12,854 bases of DNA, from IMG/VR virus record IMGVR_UViG_3300032331_003080, positions 1 through 12,854 of that record. One strand, 5' to 3'. The DNA comes from a virus. The position numbers and the translations under genes are program-made. The notes beneath the pieces are model-generated. The model did not search any database, was not told the DNA's origin, and was given only the letters and a program-made list of their open reading frames with translations. Positions 11,477 through 12,854 of this stretch are shown piece by piece; the first letter of the stretch is position 1, and each line of letters opens with the position of its first letter.

Positions 11477-11505
11477 ATTATAGCATTTTGGGCATTTTTG
11501 GTCAA
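11477..11505 (-). promoter_or_regulatory. sigma70-type promoter P9 (class A): TTGACC-17 nt-TGcTATAAT
   Basis: -35 at 11505..11500, -10 at 11482..11477. Downstream sequence is ACACAC then ATG. Confidence 0.7.
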
Positions 11506-11536
11506 CCAAAAAATACTACTACAAAAGTACTACTTT

Positions 11537-11896
11537 TTATGTACGTTCAAGATAACGCAAAAAACGGCTCAAATCCCCATACATAGCATACATCATGGCT
11601 TGTTCACTTCCGAACAAATGCAACACAGGAGTTTTTCCCGGCTCAATATAATATGGACAATCCAATTTCCTGCTCAACACCAACAAGTCGCCCATGCGAA
11701 AAATTTTAGGAACTGCAAACCCATGCGAGGCAATACCGTATTTTCGAAGCATATCATATCCACGTTCAGTAAGTCTAAGTCCATCTTGTTTGGTAAAAAT
11801 CATCCACCAATCAACAAGAGCTTGTTCGTAGGTAAGGCGCTCTTCCGTAGGAAGAAATTCTAACAGTTTAAGAGTGATTTGTTTTTTACTTGACAT
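11537..11896 (-). CDS. hypothetical protein, 119 aa
   Basis: Clean ORF with an 11-nt overlap with the upstream gene. No family recognised. Confidence 0.7.
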   Translation of the reverse strand: MSSKKQITLKLLEFLPTEERLTYEQALVDWWMIFTKQDGLRLTERGYDMLRKYGIASHGFAVPKIFRMGDLLVLSRKLDCPYYIEPGKTPVLHLFGSEQAMMYAMYGDLSRFLRYLERT

Positions 11897-12182
11897 CGGG
11901 GTACACTTGAGCCCCTTGTGTCAAAAGCACGACTGTGAACTTGTCGGTCTTGAATTGTGTGTTGAGTTTACGTGCCAAGTTTTTGGCATGCCCGGGATTT
12001 GAAAAGCTGACCTTCTTGTACTTGGGTCCTGGGTACTGTGTCAGCATGTTAGATGTTTTGAGATTGATAGGCTTGTTGTCGTAAAACACCGCCCAAACAC
12101 CTTCAGAGGCCAATACTTGTTCGGTCTTGTAGGTTTGTTTGTTTGTGTGCTCGATTAATACATTAGGTTTTGGGCGGCTCAT
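11886..12182 (-). CDS. hypothetical protein, 98 aa
   Basis: ATG 12182 with GGAG 6 nt upstream. Lys-rich. No family recognised. Confidence 0.7.
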   Translation of the reverse strand: MSRPKPNVLIEHTNKQTYKTEQVLASEGVWAVFYDNKPINLKTSNMLTQYPGPKYKKVSFSNPGHAKNLARKLNTQFKTDKFTVVLLTQGAQVYPDVK

Positions 12183-12213
12183 CGTTATCTCCGTAGTTTA
12201 TTTATCTAATAAA

Positions 12214-12429
12214 CTAGGGGTTTTTGAAACCACCGCCACTCAATTCTACCGTAACAGTTTCTGTTTTGGATGCTGTTAATTGTGTACGTAATACTTCAAG
12301 AGTCAGCAGTAACTTAGTGATATCACTGTGTAAATCTTTAGCATCGCGCATGTTCATGATGAAGTCCCGTTGGCCACGTGCTTCATGTGCTTTGATACTA
12401 TCAACAAAACGATTTATATGCAGGCTCAT
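12214..12429 (-). CDS. hypothetical protein, 71 aa
   Basis: ATGA start/stop overlap with the MazG-like gene (12429..12426). Confidence 0.65.
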   Translation of the reverse strand: MSLHINRFVDSIKAHEARGQRDFIMNMRDAKDLHSDITKLLLTLEVLRTQLTASKTETVTVELSGGGFKNP

Positions 12430-12782
12430 TTTATATAAGGTGCCAATTCAGGCGGTGTCCAACCTTCTGGCTTGAGCACTTTACCATCTTCACGCTTGCG
12501 AACTTTGCCTGTGACTGAATCAATTTTGGCCAAATTACTACGCATGACTTCGTTCCAGGCACCTTCGGCATCCACACCCAAACTATGGATAGCACCCACA
12601 GTGACCACAAGGATATCAATCAATGCGTCAAGGTCATCATGTTTAGTGTTGCTGGCAATAAGTTCGTTGAACTCTTCACTGATAAGATTACAATATAATT
12701 CATACTGTTTCTCATTAAACTCGCCTACAGACTGATCGCAGGCTCGCATAAATGTTTCTTGGTCTTTAAATGGATTGGTCAT
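12426..12782 (-). CDS. MazG-like (all-alpha NTP pyrophosphohydrolase) protein
   Basis: LISEEFNELIAS (EExxE) and DALIDILVVTVG (DxxD) metal-binding helices, then SNLAKI...REDGKVLKPEGWTPPEL, typical of phage MazG/HisE-like NTP-PPases. Start taken as ATG 12782. The ORF-track extension to 12854 cannot be excluded. Confidence 0.68.
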   Translation of the reverse strand: MTNPFKDQETFMRACDQSVGEFNEKQYELYCNLISEEFNELIASNTKHDDLDALIDILVVTVGAIHSLGVDAEGAWNEVMRSNLAKIDSVTGKVRKREDGKVLKPEGWTPPELAPYIK

Positions 12783-12854
12783 ATTAATCTTGTACAAATA
12801 AATTGGATTGGCCACCCGCCTCTTCTCGTGACTGGAAAGGGCCTTGGTAAGCAT

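Noticed and set aside
10699-11509. Repeated blocks of about 37 nt that could at first glance suggest a CRISPR-like or tandem repeat array.
   Set aside because: Spacing is 357-415 nt and filled with coding sequence. The blocks contain -35, extended -10 and -10 elements at canonical spacing. They are interpreted as promoters.
11510-11536. AU-rich palindrome AAAAGTA-C-TACTTTT between gene 11537..11896 and P9 as a terminator.
   Set aside because: The stem is almost entirely A:U, with a loop too small for a stable RNA hairpin. TACTACT is a direct repeat, not an inverted one.
13-12735. About twenty plus-strand ORFs in the track (for example 13..375, 1622..2011, 3461..3757, 3971..4264, 4676..4909, 5129..5377, 8561..8797, 10216..10485, 11471..11863, 12224..12475).
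   Set aside because: Each lies antisense to a minus-strand gene or RNA with recognisable motifs, SD or promoter signals. None has its own SD or motifs. Several run through tRNA or tmRNA genes. They are treated as shadow ORFs. Only 6099..6989 was kept.
12783-12854. N-terminal extension of the MazG-like ORF to the window edge, or the tail of an upstream gene ending ...TRLI-TGA with an ATGA overlap at 12782..12779.
   Set aside because: All three minus-strand frames are open across these 72 nt, so the sequence alone cannot decide. The MazG-like domain begins after Met at 12782, and ATGA coupling is the local habit. The shorter start was therefore annotated.

Overview
This window looks like a densely packed stretch of a virulent tailed-phage genome. 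Almost everything is on the minus strand, with short or overlapping gene junctions (ATGA and TAATG overlaps). Five tRNA genes are dispersed singly among the protein genes. Nine near-consensus sigma70-type promoters were found by eye. The most interesting content is a transcription/translation takeover set. It includes a circularly permuted (two-piece) tmRNA gene at about 8447-8718, with tag ANDSQFALAA and a G3:U70 pair, driven by a perfect TTGACA-17-TATAAT promoter. It also includes an initiator tRNA-fMet and a second CAU tRNA, each with its own perfect promoter, a clear homolog of RNA polymerase omega (RpoZ), and two candidate leaderless mRNAs. A second notable block (1514-4309) is a six-gene translationally coupled operon. 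It joins a split rubrerythrin plus rubredoxin to ADP-heptose synthesis genes (HldC, HldA, a PMI-type cupin, HldD). A low-GC glycan-type island (5256-7656, with a paralog at 9342-10118) holds SGNH-like hydrolases, the only plus-strand gene (GT2-like glycosyltransferase) and a gene broken at an A8 run. Other content: class I glutamine amidotransferase, a GIY-YIG catalytic-domain-only nuclease, a MazG-like pyrophosphohydrolase, a metallophosphoesterase fragment and small hypothetical early-type genes. All family assignments come from motif recognition by eye. No searches were run.
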